DNA of 64,000 nucleotides from Ruditapes philippinarum (Eukaryota). The stretch covers positions 1-64,000 of the forward strand of contig NW_026854050.1 in assembly GCF_026571515.1 (NCBI RefSeq). Reading direction: 5' to 3'. Below the pieces are notes generated by a model. It saw only the letters and a list, made by a program, of their open reading frames with translations, did not search any database and was not told the origin of the DNA. This document shows, one piece after another, positions 1-12,701 of the stretch (position 1 is its first letter; each line of letters starts with the position of its first letter). Position numbers and translations under genes: made by a program.

Positions 1-435
1 TTAATTCTTAGGCCATTTTTCATCGCCTCTTGCTTAAAATCTGATAGATTTGAGAAAATTTCTGACGAGTGATTTTGTAATATGAACAAAAGTTTTCCGT
101 CGAACTCTATGACAGAACTCTGACAAATTATCATAAGAATTCCATCCCTGGTGTAACAGTTCCTCCTCCGTGAAAATGCATATCACATTTATTCAAGGTT
201 TTTTGTTTCTTAAATCCGAAGTGGCAAAAGACGCTCAAATGATATCGCTTTCAACATTGTTGAAATCAAAATTATTATTGACTATAGAAACAAGCGTCGA
301 ATTTTGCTCTCATAATTTATCTAGCTCATGAATAAAGTGTCAAGAAACAAAATTATCTTTGCTGTTCATTATTCGTATCTTATTTTGGGAACGCTCAGAT
401 AACATTTGCATAAATTATTTCCAATAACATTTCAG

Positions 436-3400
436 AATCGTTTTCTGATATTTGCATTCATTTTGGTTCATACGTTTGGACAAACACGGTGCACAGGTAA
501 GATAAAATTATATGCCTCTTTTAATGCAAGTTCTATGTATAAGAAATCCCAATGTCAGTCATGTAAGCATTGTATGCATAAATTACATATAGCCTACATG
601 AAAAACTTACCTGATTTTAAAACATATCTAACAATCATATTCAATTTAAAAAATGCCCGCTAATGTTCAATTATTACCAAAATCGTCTACAGATAAACTT
701 TTGTGTACTTTTTGTTTCTACAAATATAATAATAAGTACCTGTATATGAATAATAAATTGTTTACTTTTATATCTAAAGATTTACTTAATTTAGGTGGAC
801 TTTTCCTCGTTATATTGGAATAAACTTTAGCATTAAGTTGATTTTTGTTTACATGTTTAGTTTGAAAGTGTAGGACATGTAGGATAGACCGAACGTCCGT
901 ATCCGTTCAGTGTAATTCTTACTATTGTATCCGAGGTCCTTATCACAAGCTTGACGGAAAGAACCTAAATGCGAATATTAAGTTTGATGAAGGCTTAGCT
1001 AAAACTGTTCAAATAGACGCCACGTTAACACGGTTAAAAATACGGTTAATGCGAAAAAGATGCTATAAATATTCAAACTTAGGCCTTACCTAGCTCAATG
1101 ACTAAGTATCAATTTATCAAGAAAATGAATAAGGACACTCATTCGTTAATAGAGGCAAATAATCAGGATTCTTGTCAGATGACAGTCATGTATCCTTTCA
1201 CCCTGAGTATTTATAGACAAGAATTCAGTCAATGAGTAGCATAAACTAATTAATTCAGTCAGATCTTACAATTGGAATTGATATATAAAACAATGCAACA
1301 ATTTTGTATGGTGGCAAGGTGGCATACAGGGGACATGTTGTTAAATTTAGTACGTGGTCACGCGATATACTAGTATATAACGTGGCAACGCGATATATAT
1401 TACGTACACACACAATTAATTTTACGTGAACACAGGATAGGTATTACGTACGCGTGCGCACATGCACATCGTATAGTCACATAATGACTTTAACGTGCAT
1501 AGGTAATAGACGACTGGAAGTCACGTCATACTATCACGTAAGCTCTATTAGCTATCACGTCCGGTCGTATTAGCTATCGCGTGCACACGCTATATCTATA
1601 GCGCGGCACTAGTAAATAAAAGATTCCTATAACCTCTCTATGCAACTGTAATTTCGTCAGCCGTTTTATGATAGCACAAGGATTCAATTTGATTTATTTA
1701 AAAGAGTGAAAACGACAGTCGACCAACATCGATACGTGTGGTTAATAAAATAATAACGGCGCAAGTACTCATCCATCGTCGGATACCCACGATTGATAAA
1801 CATGTCACATAACATGCTGATGAATGATAATGGTTCGGCCGTGGGTATCCGACGATGGTACTCATCTGAATATCTCCAGTTTCTTTAAACTCAATCACAA
1901 ATTTCGTAAAGGCATAATGTTGAGACGAAACTTTTATTAAGAATTTACTAGAATGTTTTAAAGGGCTTTATACGCCATCATTTTTTTTTGCGTTCCTAAG
2001 TGATTCTGAGTTATCGCTTTTACTTTTTCCAGGTACTTTTGGACGAGACTTTAACATAGGTATACTTAAAACATATAACGACAATTTCGGAAAGTTTTCA
2101 CTTCTTATTACCTCAAATATGACAGGAACGGCTATAATCTACATACCACATTTAGGCATCAACACAACACGTAGTTTTAATCAAAGTTTAGAATACAAAG
2201 TAACGGGTGACACCATAACAAAGGTAAATACAACAGTGGAACACAAGGGTATACATGTGACAACAGATGTCGACGTGACACTTACTGTTATGAAATATCC
2301 AGGCGGTACATGGGAAGGTTTTTTGGCACTTCCGACTGACATGTTGTCTACTGAATACATAATATCGTCGTATGAGCCATATTCCAGCAGCCAGTATAGT
2401 GATTTTCTTGTTGTTGCTGTACATGACGACACTTTTATTAATATATATCTCAATAAAAATGTAGTAAAAGTCAAGTTGAATAGACTAGAGACGTATCTTG
2501 TACGAAGATATGACGATTTAAGTGGAGCAAGAGTTAGCAGCAATACATCTGTCGCTGTTTTCTCTGGACACGAAGCTACGATGACACCAATAACTTGTGC
2601 TGGCTCGGGAGAATATTTTGTAGAGCAACTTTTGCCTACCAAACATTTTGCTCAAGAAATTATCGTTCCGCCGGTACCGCCAAAATCACAATATGTAGTG
2701 CGAATATATAGTTCATCTCAAAACACATCTATAACATTTCGTAATACAACGAATCAAAATAGGCAAATTCTTTTGAAAGTTGGTGAATTCTATGAAATTG
2801 TAAGTAGTAAAGACGCAATGTACGTTTTTGCAACCAAACCTGTTCAGGTGATGTTGTACAGTACATGTCATTTTGATAATGGTATTGGCAACGTGTTCAT
2901 GTCTATAGTCCCGGCAATCAATCAATATAGAAACTTCTATCATTTCTCCATAATTGCAACCAATGAACCTTTTACTCATTATCTAACAATCATTGCAAAA
3001 ACTGAGGATCTATCTGGACTAAGAATCAATGGAAACCAAATGGGAAATATCTTTTATAGCTATGTGACACACGCAAACAATGAGACGTTTACAGTTAACG
3101 TATACAAATTGACAGCCGGTGAATATCATCTGTATCACGTGACCGGTAGAACATTTGGAGCAATACAATATGGCTTTTATTTAAATTATGCTTACGGATA
3201 CCCGCTTGGGATGGAGGTTTACACAGGTAAATGCAAGTACATTGTTTTAGAAAATAAATTAAATTTATAATTAATAATCGGTAAAACTTGGTTCTCTTGT
3301 GACTGATAAGTACTAATTTCTAAGTGTTGTTTTCTTATTATACATGATTGAATGTTTAATGTTATTCTTAACTGGGGTAGTAATATTTCGTTTGACATCA

Positions 3401-6400
3401 TTTATTTCTTAGTACTTTTATTTTCTTTGATATAGTTAAATTGACACAATATCAATTACAAGTAAATTATATCGAAACATTTCTAATACAGTGAGTTTAA
3501 AAGCAATAAAAATTGTTAAGAACTTATTTGTATAAACCAAGTTTTGATATTTGGGAAGGTGGTGTGTGAATTTCCGGCTTTGTGTTAGGCAAAACTTAAC
3601 TATTTCAAATAATTGCGGATTTTGCAAGAAAAAAAAAATCATCATTTCGATGGATAAGGGACCACATCACACTTTAAAAGCACCTGCGAGTGTTAAAACT
3701 ATATGTCCGCTTTCTTCAGTTAAAATGATATTGCTTGAAGTTTGAAAAATGATACATTCAAAATATAAGAATGATAGAAATATGTTTGGATATATGCTTA
3801 TGCGTATGCATGAAATCATTGCTTAATGATAAAAATCTATTGAAAATGGCAGCACAATCGGATAATATTTTGTTCAGGATAATTTTATTCTAAATGTAAT
3901 AAGTAATATATGCAATATGCATGTGTGCTAAACAACAGAGAAAGTCTTTATCATAACTCTTTTGAGAGTCTGCCATAATTTTATGGAAATAACACAGCCG
4001 TATATAAATTTGTAAAAAAAAAATATTTGATATTTACTGAATATTTTGTTGTAGTCACTTTCTGAGTTTTTTTATTTTGCTACTCGCAAAGTTGGAAAAT
4101 TGATATCTCACGAGACCCACAGTGGTAAGAGTCAAGTGTTTTCACGACCATAATCAGTCACTCCGCCATACAATAAAATTGCTGGTAGCATTTAATATAT
4201 ACAACCCGGATTATTGATTTATATTATTGATTTGGAATACAATATATATTAAGCACCTACTCGCACAATTAATAAAAAACCTTATTCTCTAAACATTGTC
4301 ATAGTATTACTCAATTATGTTTCTTTCCATATTTTTTTGTTATTAGAAAGCACGGGAAATGACGAACTTAAATGTTTCGACTGTAATGATATGACTCATT
4401 TGTACCTCTGTGACACCGTTAGTAAATGTTTGAGCGGCCAGGTATACATTTTATTTTATTACCATGTGTAAGCCGGGCTTATAGTTATGTTAGACACTGT
4501 AAACAGCAAACGACGACTTTCAAGCTTCCATGTCAAAGAACTTATGTATCCCTATGTGTTTTGCTTTATACAGTGATTGCACTATACATGTTTATTGTTG
4601 TTGCAAAGAGGTTATTGCTCTACATAAGAATGTACTGCAGAGGTTGAAAAAAATTTATTCACGAACTTGCAATTGCAATTTTGTATGAAAATAGTATTGA
4701 AACTGTATAATTACATGTTCATATTAACAAAAAAGATGTTCTATGGTGTAACATTAAGAGTTATGTGTACAGTGTTCCGTGAAGGTCTGACAACAAAAAG
4801 CGCAAAGTACGACATTACGATGCTGACAGTTCGACAGTACAATGGCAAAGCGCTGCAGTTCGGAGGTGAAAGTTCGACAGTACGATGGCAAAGCGTGGTA
4901 GTTCGATGGTGATGGTCCATCGTATTGTCTTATTGTCACCATCGTACTGTTATGTCATACAGTCTGACCAGTACGGTGTTCCATTAGGGCCCGAAGCATG
5001 ACAGTACGATGGTGACAGTTCGTAAGTATGATGACCAAGCGCGACAGTATGGTCGTGACAATACCACAGAACGATGGACAGTCATCATCGTACTTTCGTG
5101 CATTAAACTGTTCGTTCACACAGAAAATGCGCTGGTCCTAACGGAAGACCATAGACCAGACATATGATTGGCGATTTTTCTTTAACATAGTTTGTGATTT
5201 GTATTTTGTAAGGTATGCCATGTGGAGTCCTATAGAACCAACAGTGGGCAGGTGAAATACAACAGTGGATGCTTAGCCTCAGAGGTAAACAAACAAACAC
5301 ACAAAAGAGTGACACACACAACTATACGCACGCATGCATACATACACACACATTGTGAAATGTTAAGGGTTTGAACCAAAATACATATTAATAGAAAAAT
5401 GTAATTGATTATTTAAAAAATTGCATTAAAAATAATTTTTCTTTAGAGGAACACGCCATGATGAAACTGTTTTTTCCCCGTTCATTCCGAACAAATTTTG
5501 GTTTAAACACATTGTGGGGTATAAAAATGATTGTGGTTTTAACAAAGACCAAAAAATAAATAAAACAACCTCTATATCCTAAAGAAGACCGTTATCTCTC
5601 TGTCCGAATTTCGTTTCCGAGGTATTTCTCAGAAACTAATGGTTTGATTTCAATAAAACTTTCCGGGAACATTCAATACTAAAATGAGATGCGCATTATC
5701 ATCTGCATGCTCCAAACGAAACATCCAAGATAGATTTATTGCCCCTGAAGTTTAAAAGTACATATACAGAGTGATATTCTTTTCACGATACATCTCGGTA
5801 ACTTCTAACTGGATTTCAACCGAACTTTATGAGAGCCAACACATAAGTTATTAATTCGTGACCTTGACCTTTAAATGACCTTGACCTTCCAGATCAAATA
5901 ACCTTGTATTGATTTTTCTAAACTACATGTATGACAGTATCTTTGTTATTTTATTACTATTTCTATAAATGTACTTGGACAAAATAATGCTAAAATAAAG
6001 GAAAGCCAACATGGTGAAATGATAAAGAATGAACTCGTCCATGACCCTTTTTGTACTTGTTGTGATTAATGATAACCCGTATTCGGCAGGGGATATAAAG
6101 TAAACAAAATGTCTTGTATTTAACGGTGATCAAGTTGAACATTCGCGAATTCATTCAAAAGAAACCTTTGGTGATTTTAAAGTAAATTCAAAATGTGAAA
6201 TATTAGAAAAAGTATTTTTTTCAATATATGTTGTGCTTTATTTTGTGTTAACAGCAATGTTCTAGTAAGAAACGACAAACAAGTCAGAGTAAATCCAAAT
6301 GTGTTCACTGCTGCTCTTCACCACTTTGCAATTCGAACGGCTGTGGAGCTGAGGGTAAAGAAAACAACTTTTGACGTTTTTAATTACTTGCAGATAGAAA

Positions 6401-8968
6401 TTTTCCTTCGTAATACTCAAACGGTATCACTAGAAAATAAAATGGTGCGTTGTTAAATGTCTTTTATGGTGCGGTATAAATATTTTGTTCTGCTGCAATC
6501 GTAACAACTTAGCTTTCTCCGATGACTTCATGTATTAGCCCGAGGTTTTCCGATTGGTTCTACTGTCACGTAGCGCTGGCAAAAAAGAAAAAACCGCCAA
6601 CAATTTAAAACGGAATTCTATCTTGTCTCACGCTGAAAATATGCCAACATGTTTTAAGCGTCCTATGGTTTTGCAGGACCTCATAGTCTAATGATTAAAG
6701 TACGCCGATCATTGTTTCTCAGGTTTGCCTCCCTTTCAACTACGAGGACCGTTATGCTACGACTGCTCGTATGTTTCTAACATGGATGAGTGTAAGACAG
6801 TAAGGCTGTGTTCCAAAGACGAAGTAAGACGCCATTTTACACACTCCGTATTAAACCTGGCATAACTATAGAAATTTGTAGAAAAAGCATAAATGATTGT
6901 AGATGAGTTGCTTTCTTTTTTCCCTTGTTAATTCAATAAAAATAACATTTTATTCTTTACACTTTGGTTCGGCTCCTGGCATCAGTCAAAAATTTCAATG
7001 CTGTTCACTTTGTGTAATAACGGTAGTGTGTCCACGTATCAGCTAAAGGAGCGAATATTTTGATATGCTCTTTAATTAGAATTTAAGCTTTACAAAAACG
7101 GCTTCAAAGTTACAAATCATGAACGTGGTTTAACTTTACGAAATTTTACGAAATGAGTTAAGAAAAACCTATTTTGTAAATTCCTCATTAAAATGAGCGG
7201 ACAGTTGAGTGGTGAGAAACTTGACATAAAGTATCCTTAAAAACATGTGCTTTTATTTTGTTTCAAGGTTTGTAGCGTAGAGAAGTATGACTGGGGTGGG
7301 GTATATGACCATTACACAGCAAAATGTCATAACAAACAGGTATTGATATAAAATACAACAATTTAGCGTTTTTATGATTGCCTGGTCTTTCTGGAACATT
7401 GGTACCGATTTTGTTAGTGATGAAAATAGAAAACTATATATTTAACGGTGATGTGGACATTCGGCATGTAAAACAATTTTTACTCCATTAAATGAACTAA
7501 CGAATCCAGCGATTTTCATTTACTTTTGCTTTTCATTGATCTCGTGGTCTTCAAAATTTAAAATCATTGCTATGAAGATCTGATTTTATATTAAAAAGTC
7601 ATCATTTTCTCTAACAAAATAACTTTTGACAAATGTTGTTAGTTAAGAATACAAGCCTTTACACCAGAAAGTCATTTTCTTAATGATTGAACAAATATAT
7701 AAACCAGAGTAGGCAAAGAGATTATTTCTTCTACGTTTTGGATGAAATGCCATCTTAAGAATATTTGGCTTACTTGAACTTACTATTAGATATAGGTAAT
7801 TAGATAAAAAATAAGTTTTTATTTGGCCAGTTCCATTAAAATCTAAGTTATGGGTACCACCAAATTCAGTCTGTAACACTCACTCATGATGAAGGGCTTG
7901 AATCTTTTATGTACTTGATATATATATATGTAAGACCATATGATTTTCCTGAGGCTAAAGATATAAAGAAAACCTCATGTACCTATTATTATATAAGTGC
8001 TTAATTTAAAAAAAACGATACGGACACAGGTTTTTATAAAGTGTAACATTTTCCCATTTTAGTGTATTTCGCACAAGAGACAAACTGACGTCACATCTGC
8101 ACGAGAATCACGATCAACGCCCGTATGTAAAACCTGTTGCGACGCCGATCTTTGCAATACCGATTGCTCAAAGACGTCACAAAATGGCACTGACGTCATA
8201 ATTGTTGGTATGTTATTTCGTTATACATTTATGTGTAAATATTTTACATATATTTGTAAGTGCACTCGTACTCCTTTTAACAATATAAGAAATAGATAAG
8301 ATAAGTGACCATAACGTGAAGAAGAATGTTAATAATAATAACTATGATAATTATGACGAAGACATTTTTGAGTGATAATATTAATGATGATGATGATGAT
8401 GATGATGGTGAATGCAAACATAGGCCCACGCTTTATGCCCACGAATTGCACTGTCCGTCTGTCCTTGCAGCCCAACTAACACAACATTTGTGTCCCGACT
8501 GTAAAGATAATATTTGTTGGTGATGATATTGATGATGATAATGATAATTCTAATGATTCTGATAATGAAAGCAGACATATGCCCATCTTTCAACAAAAGG
8601 AAATCTGAACACAATAGTCTGTAATCTATTTATCACAACATCACTGCGGACAAAAGAAAATAAGAAAATAAGTAACTTTTAGGTTATTGTCAAATTGAAT
8701 TACAATGTGTATACGATAATCAGATGAATATATTTAAATTGTTGTTGTAATCAATTTGTGCTGGAAATATAAGTTGTATCTTTGTATTGCCCTATACTAT
8801 ATATGTATCTAATTGTAAGTAATGTATTTTTCGTGTATTATTTTCTCGAATGCAATCAGAGAATATGTAAATGAAATTGATTAACTTGATCTAGAGACGT
8901 CCTGCAATTCTTTCGATTAAAGAATTGAGACTCCCTTATGAATGCCTTTTTTTTATCTTCCAGGATGA
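436..8968 (+). CDS. Multi-exon gene for a secreted IgGFc-binding-domain protein with two C-terminal Ly6/uPAR-like domains. Exons 436-496, 2033-3226, 4347-4441, 5213-5284, 6255-6354, 6723-6823, 7268-7339, 8063-8207, 8964-8968(stop). Start codon not located.
   Basis: Every exon has AG/GT boundaries and the phases chain without stops (1,1,0,0,1,0,0,1). Exon 436-496 is hydrophobic like a signal peptide (NRFLIFAFILVHTFGQTRCT). The terminal exon G|GA TGA is followed by AATAAA near 9023. Confidence 0.8.
700..970 (+). repeat. Interspersed repeat fragment, same family as 25330-25850 and 36680-37145
   Basis: Shares GGTGGACTTTT..TATATTGGA, TTTGTTTACATGTTTAGTTT and GAGGTCCTTAT..GACGGAAAG with the two longer copies. 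Confidence 0.6.
1774..1857 (-). mobile_element. 84-bp minimal MITE, deletion derivative of the element at 22466-23023
   Basis: 18-bp TIR CATCGTCGGATACCCACG / CGTGGGTATCCGACGATG; 9-bp TSD GTACTCATC at 1765-1773 and 1858-1866. Confidence 0.85.
2033..3226 (+). CDS. Exon encoding an IgGFc-binding protein (FCGBP) N-terminal domain
   Basis: ORF 2119-3270 extended to acceptor ccag|2033 and cut at donor ACAG|gtaaat. Family motifs GRDFNIG, FLALPTDMLSTEY, VAVFSGH, VEQLLP, PVQVMLY, MSIVPAINQY and FGAIQYG..YAYGYPLG. Confidence 0.9.
4347..6354 (+). CDS. Ly6/uPAR-like (three-finger) domain 1, three exons (4347-4441, 5213-5284, 6255-6354)
   Basis: Spliced translation LKCFDC..LCDTVSKCLSGQ/VCHVE..NSGCLASE/QCSSKKRQ..KCVHCCSSPLCN, with N-terminal CxxC and C-terminal CCxxxxCN. 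Confidence 0.8.
4741..5153. mobile_element. Degenerate MITE-like element with internal ACAGTACGATG subrepeats
   Basis: Short CTATGG...CCATAG ends and many degenerate (G)ACAGTACGATG motifs in both orientations. Confidence 0.4.
6723..8207 (+). CDS. Ly6/uPAR-like domain 2, three exons (6723-6823, 7268-7339, 8063-8207)
   Basis: PLCYDC..ECKTVRLCSKDE/VCSVE..TAKCHNKQ/CISHKRQ..VCKTCCDADLCN. Same exon phases and same 72-nt middle exon as domain 1. Confidence 0.8.
8330..8570. repeat. (ATA)n/(GAT)n microsatellite-rich intronic stretch
   Basis: Visible GATGATGAT and ATAATAATA runs. Confidence 0.7.
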
Positions 8969-9069
8969 ATTCGGGCGTTGTCATGAAATTACTTCTTGGT
9001 GATGGGTGAAAAAACTTTATATTAATAAAGACAAAAATAACTACCATTTAGTAATACTTATTTTTTTTA

Positions 9070-9822
9070 GGAAATAGATATCAATTCTGAGTGCATTGTT
9101 GTATAATAATGCACGTTTTTCGTTCAAATGCTTTGTAATTAATCACTCAGGCCTATCGGCCTTCGTGATTATATTACTACGCATTTGAACGAAAAACGTG
9201 CATTATTATACAATAATGCACGAAGAATTAATATCTATTTCCATTCTAACACGTCAAGAATAAATATAATTATTATTTTTAAGGTGTACTTTATGTTTGG
9301 TGGTTAGATTTGTTTTCGCCTAGGGGTTCCCAATAGAAACGTTCTTTAAAGGCTGTTCCAGTGGGTTGAAAAATCTGTCGTTAAATCTACCGTGTGTAGA
9401 AACATTTTGAGAATAACGAATTTTGAAAACGTTGGTACAACTTTGTTTCATTATTTTATTTCACTCTATAATTTTTCAAGCGAAATACAAATTATGAAAA
9501 GTGAAAAAAAAAATGTAAAACTTAACTCGTTTGCGACATTAAAATAGCGTAATTGATTTGATTGTTTTGCACGTGCAGTTTGGCGCTACATTTTGACGTC
9601 ACGTAAACAACACTTTAAACGTCTGTACAGCGTTAACGACTGAATTAAAGATATTGGTGTTCGGATTCATTTTCTTAGTTAGACCATTTTCTTTCATTCT
9701 AGATAGTTTTCACAACAAAATTCAACAAAAAATTGTTTTTATTTATAAGATTTTTCAAACAAAATGGCGCCCTCAATGTGAAAATACACAGTGAGATAAT
9801 AAGAACGGCGAGTGCATTGTTG
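9070..9822 (+). mobile_element. Non-autonomous repeat starting with a ~175-bp palindrome; inverted copy at 63278-64000
   Basis: Arms GGAAATAGATAT..GTGCATTGTTGTATAATAATGCACGTTTTTCGTTCAAATGC and their complement around AGGCC-TATC-GGCCT. The whole body matches the reverse complement of 63278-64000. Confidence 0.75.
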
Positions 9823-10825
9823 TACCGACAGCTGGTTTTTGATTCTTTTTCTTGCATATTACATGTCAATTATTTTCGGAACAGAAATTATGAAAACTGA
9901 TATTCTCTTTCGCACTTCTTTCTTATAGTAGCGAATGAACAAACAATTTCATTCATAACGGAAAAATGATGTCATCTTAAGAACGCGATTCATTCATAAA
10001 AGGCGCGCGTAAATTACGTCATTTAAAGCACGCGACTTGTCTTACATTGGGGGTGTAAGACAGATTTTTCTAGCACCGGTGTAAACGGTAGATAATCCTG
10101 TCTGATATGCAAATATATAAGAATCTTACATCGGCTGCCGGTACAGACCGGAATATCTAGCTCGAGGGTAACTGTTTAGGATTTAGCTCAATACGGGATT
10201 GGAGCAGTACCTCTAGACGCTTGCAGAAATCATGATCACAAAATAGACAAATAACGTTTTTTCGCCGAATTTTACATTTTTCGTTGATTTTCGTATTTGA
10301 TTCGGTGTGAAAAGATGAATTAGACCTGTTAAAGTTCATTCCGTTGGGTAAAAAGACAAGATTTTAGCATTTTATCATTCAAGCGCATTGTCCGGTATAT
10401 ACCGGAATACGGTATTTAGTGTGGTGCTCCAATCTTTTTTTTTTTAGTCACAGCCAACTGTTTACGGCGGTAACGAGGCTCTGCCGAGTTTCCGCTTAAC
10501 AGTTACCCGAGAGCTAGATATTCCGGTCTGTACCAAATGCCGGTGTTTGATTCTTTTTGTTGCATATAACATGTCAATTATTTTCGGAAAAGAAATTATG
10601 AAAACTGATACACTCATTACGCACTCTTTTCTTATAGTAGCGTATGAACTTACAACTTCATTCATAACGGAAAAATGACGTCATCCTTAGAACGCGATTC
10701 ATTCATAAAAGGCTCGCGTCAATGACGTCATTCAAAGCACGCGACTTGTCTTACATGGGGGGTGTAAGACAGAGTTTTCTAGCACCGGTGTAAACGGTAG
10801 ATAATCCTGTCTGAGATGCAAGAAA
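9823..10825 (+). mobile_element. Repeat with directly duplicated ~290-bp arms (9823-10110, 10530-10825) and internal inverted repeats; related inverted copy at 58600-60030
   Basis: Near-identical blocks TTTGATTCTTTTT..GTAAACGGTAGATAATCCTGTCTGA; inverted pair GGTACAGACCGGAATATCTAGCTC / GAGCTAGATATTCCGGTCTGTACC. Confidence 0.7.
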
Positions 10826-10833
10826 AGTATTAT

Positions 10834-11270
10834 CTACAACATTTATGTATGAAAGTGATTTAGTAACATCCACCTTTGTATTTTTTATTACAACGCATGT
10901 GACATTTTCCTGGCTCTCCATGAAACACATAAAGCACCTAGGTAACAGAACTAAACACATGTTTATCAACAAATTTACTTTCACATATTACAGTAAGACC
11001 ATCGTTACGGTGTGTACATGTACGGACTGGAGGAATGTTCGAATTAAGAAGACTACAACATTTATTAGGGATTTAGTTACATCAACATTTGTATTTTTTT
11101 ATTTTAACATGTGTAACATTTTCGTGGCTTTCTATGAATAACGATGCATAAAACACATAGGTATCAAAACTAAACACATTTTCATCAACAAATTTACTTT
11201 CACATATTACAGTAAGACCATCGTTACAGTGTGCACAGTAGAGACTTGGAGAGAGTGTTCGAAAATCGTG
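10834..11270 (+). repeat. Two diverged tandem copies of a ~218-bp unit
   Basis: CTACAACATTTAT..GATTTAGT..CAAATTTACTTTCACATATTACAGTAAGACCATCGTTAC occurs twice. Confidence 0.75.
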
Positions 11271-11514
11271 AAAATCATTACTTCAAAATATTCGATTCAC
11301 ACAAACGCGCACGCACTCACAAACTCATACTTATCATGGCTTTATTCTGTAATTCCGGTTTTCTAAACATTTTAAAAATTTGAATCTTTTTTCATATGGT
11401 AAAAGTATTGTACACTTTATTATTTATTTATAAAGAACAGAACCGAAGTTTATGGAACCAAATTGACTTTAACACTTGGGTTCATCGTCATAAAACATAT
11501 ACAGCTACATAAAT

Positions 11515-11741
11515 GAGCCGCGTCATGACAAAACCAACATAATGGGGTTTGCAACCAGCATGGATCCAGACCAGCTTGCGCATCCGCGCAGTCTGATCAG
11601 GATCCATATTTTTCGCCATCAGTTTCTCTACTTGTAATAGAGTTGGAAAGCGAACAGCATGGATCCTAATCAGATTGCGCGGCTGGTCTGGACCCATGCT
11701 GGTCGCAAAAGCACTATGTTGGTTTTTTCGTGACGCGGCTC
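11515..11741. mobile_element. Fold-back MITE, Sola-type (copy 1 of 5)
   Basis: GAGCCGCG...CGCGGCTC long TIRs; 4-bp TSD AAAT. Confidence 0.85.
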
Positions 11742-12472
11742 AAATTTATTATATATACCATAGCAGGAGCCAATTACATGTACTTTACTAGTACCAAAAG
11801 TTATTTACGTTACATATCATAATAATAATATTAATATGTCTACATATATGATAAGACAATAAAGAATACAGCAGTTTGTAAGTTTAATAATAAAAAAAAA
11901 CATTATAAGATTATCTGTTTTGATGAAGGAAATTACATGTTTATATATATATGTTGTAATATTCTTTGAAGATCTTATTAAATGCCTTAAAATTAATGGA
12001 CACAGGAACTTATTATGCCATTCTTGAGTCTAAGGGGCAGTCTATTTTACCAAATTGACTTTATCCATCGACTTATCATTCGTGAACACCTTCTATTATA
12101 TTTTCACTCGTGGCTACGCCACTCGTGAAAATATTGCATCTGGTGTTCACTCAGTGAAATTATATTTCAATCTTACTTGCCAAACAAACAAATATCCTCT
12201 ATATGTCATCTACTTTGTTGTTGTTGAAGTATTTTAGTATGATTATTATTATTCTTTTACTCCTTTCTTATTTTTACCTTCTTGTTTAAAACTACCAAAT
12301 TCTTCCTTGTATTTATGAGTCAAATAAAAGCAGATTACACACTTTAATAAGCAGTAAACAAACCATGAAAGAATTAACAGAAGACTTTGTAAATTAAGCA
12401 TTTATAATTGTTGTTTATAGAATTCCGTTATGTACATTCTCGCAACCTCGAGTCGGCGAAAAGAAAATATAT

Positions 12473-12701
12473 GAGCCTTGTCATGACAAAACCAACATAA
12501 TGGGTTTGCGACCAGCATGGATCCAGACCAGCCTGCGCATCCGCCCAGTCTGATCAGGATCCATGCTGTTTGCTTACAAACCCTATAACTAGTAGAGAAA
12601 CTGATAGCCAACAGCATTAACCCTGATCAGACTGCGCGGATGCGTAGCTGGATCCATGCTGATCGCAAACGCACTATGTTGGTTTTGTCATGACGCGGCT
12701 C
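12473..12701. mobile_element. Fold-back MITE, Sola-type (copy 2)
   Basis: Same sequence; TSD ATAT. Confidence 0.85.

Noticed and set aside
176-197. ATG exon (MHITFIQ-G|gt) as the start of gene 1
   Set aside because: Its donor is phase 1, whereas the signal-peptide exon at 436 needs phase 0.
2181-2979. Antisense ORFs overlapping the IgGFc-binding exon
   Set aside because: These are shadow ORFs of the coding strand with no motifs.
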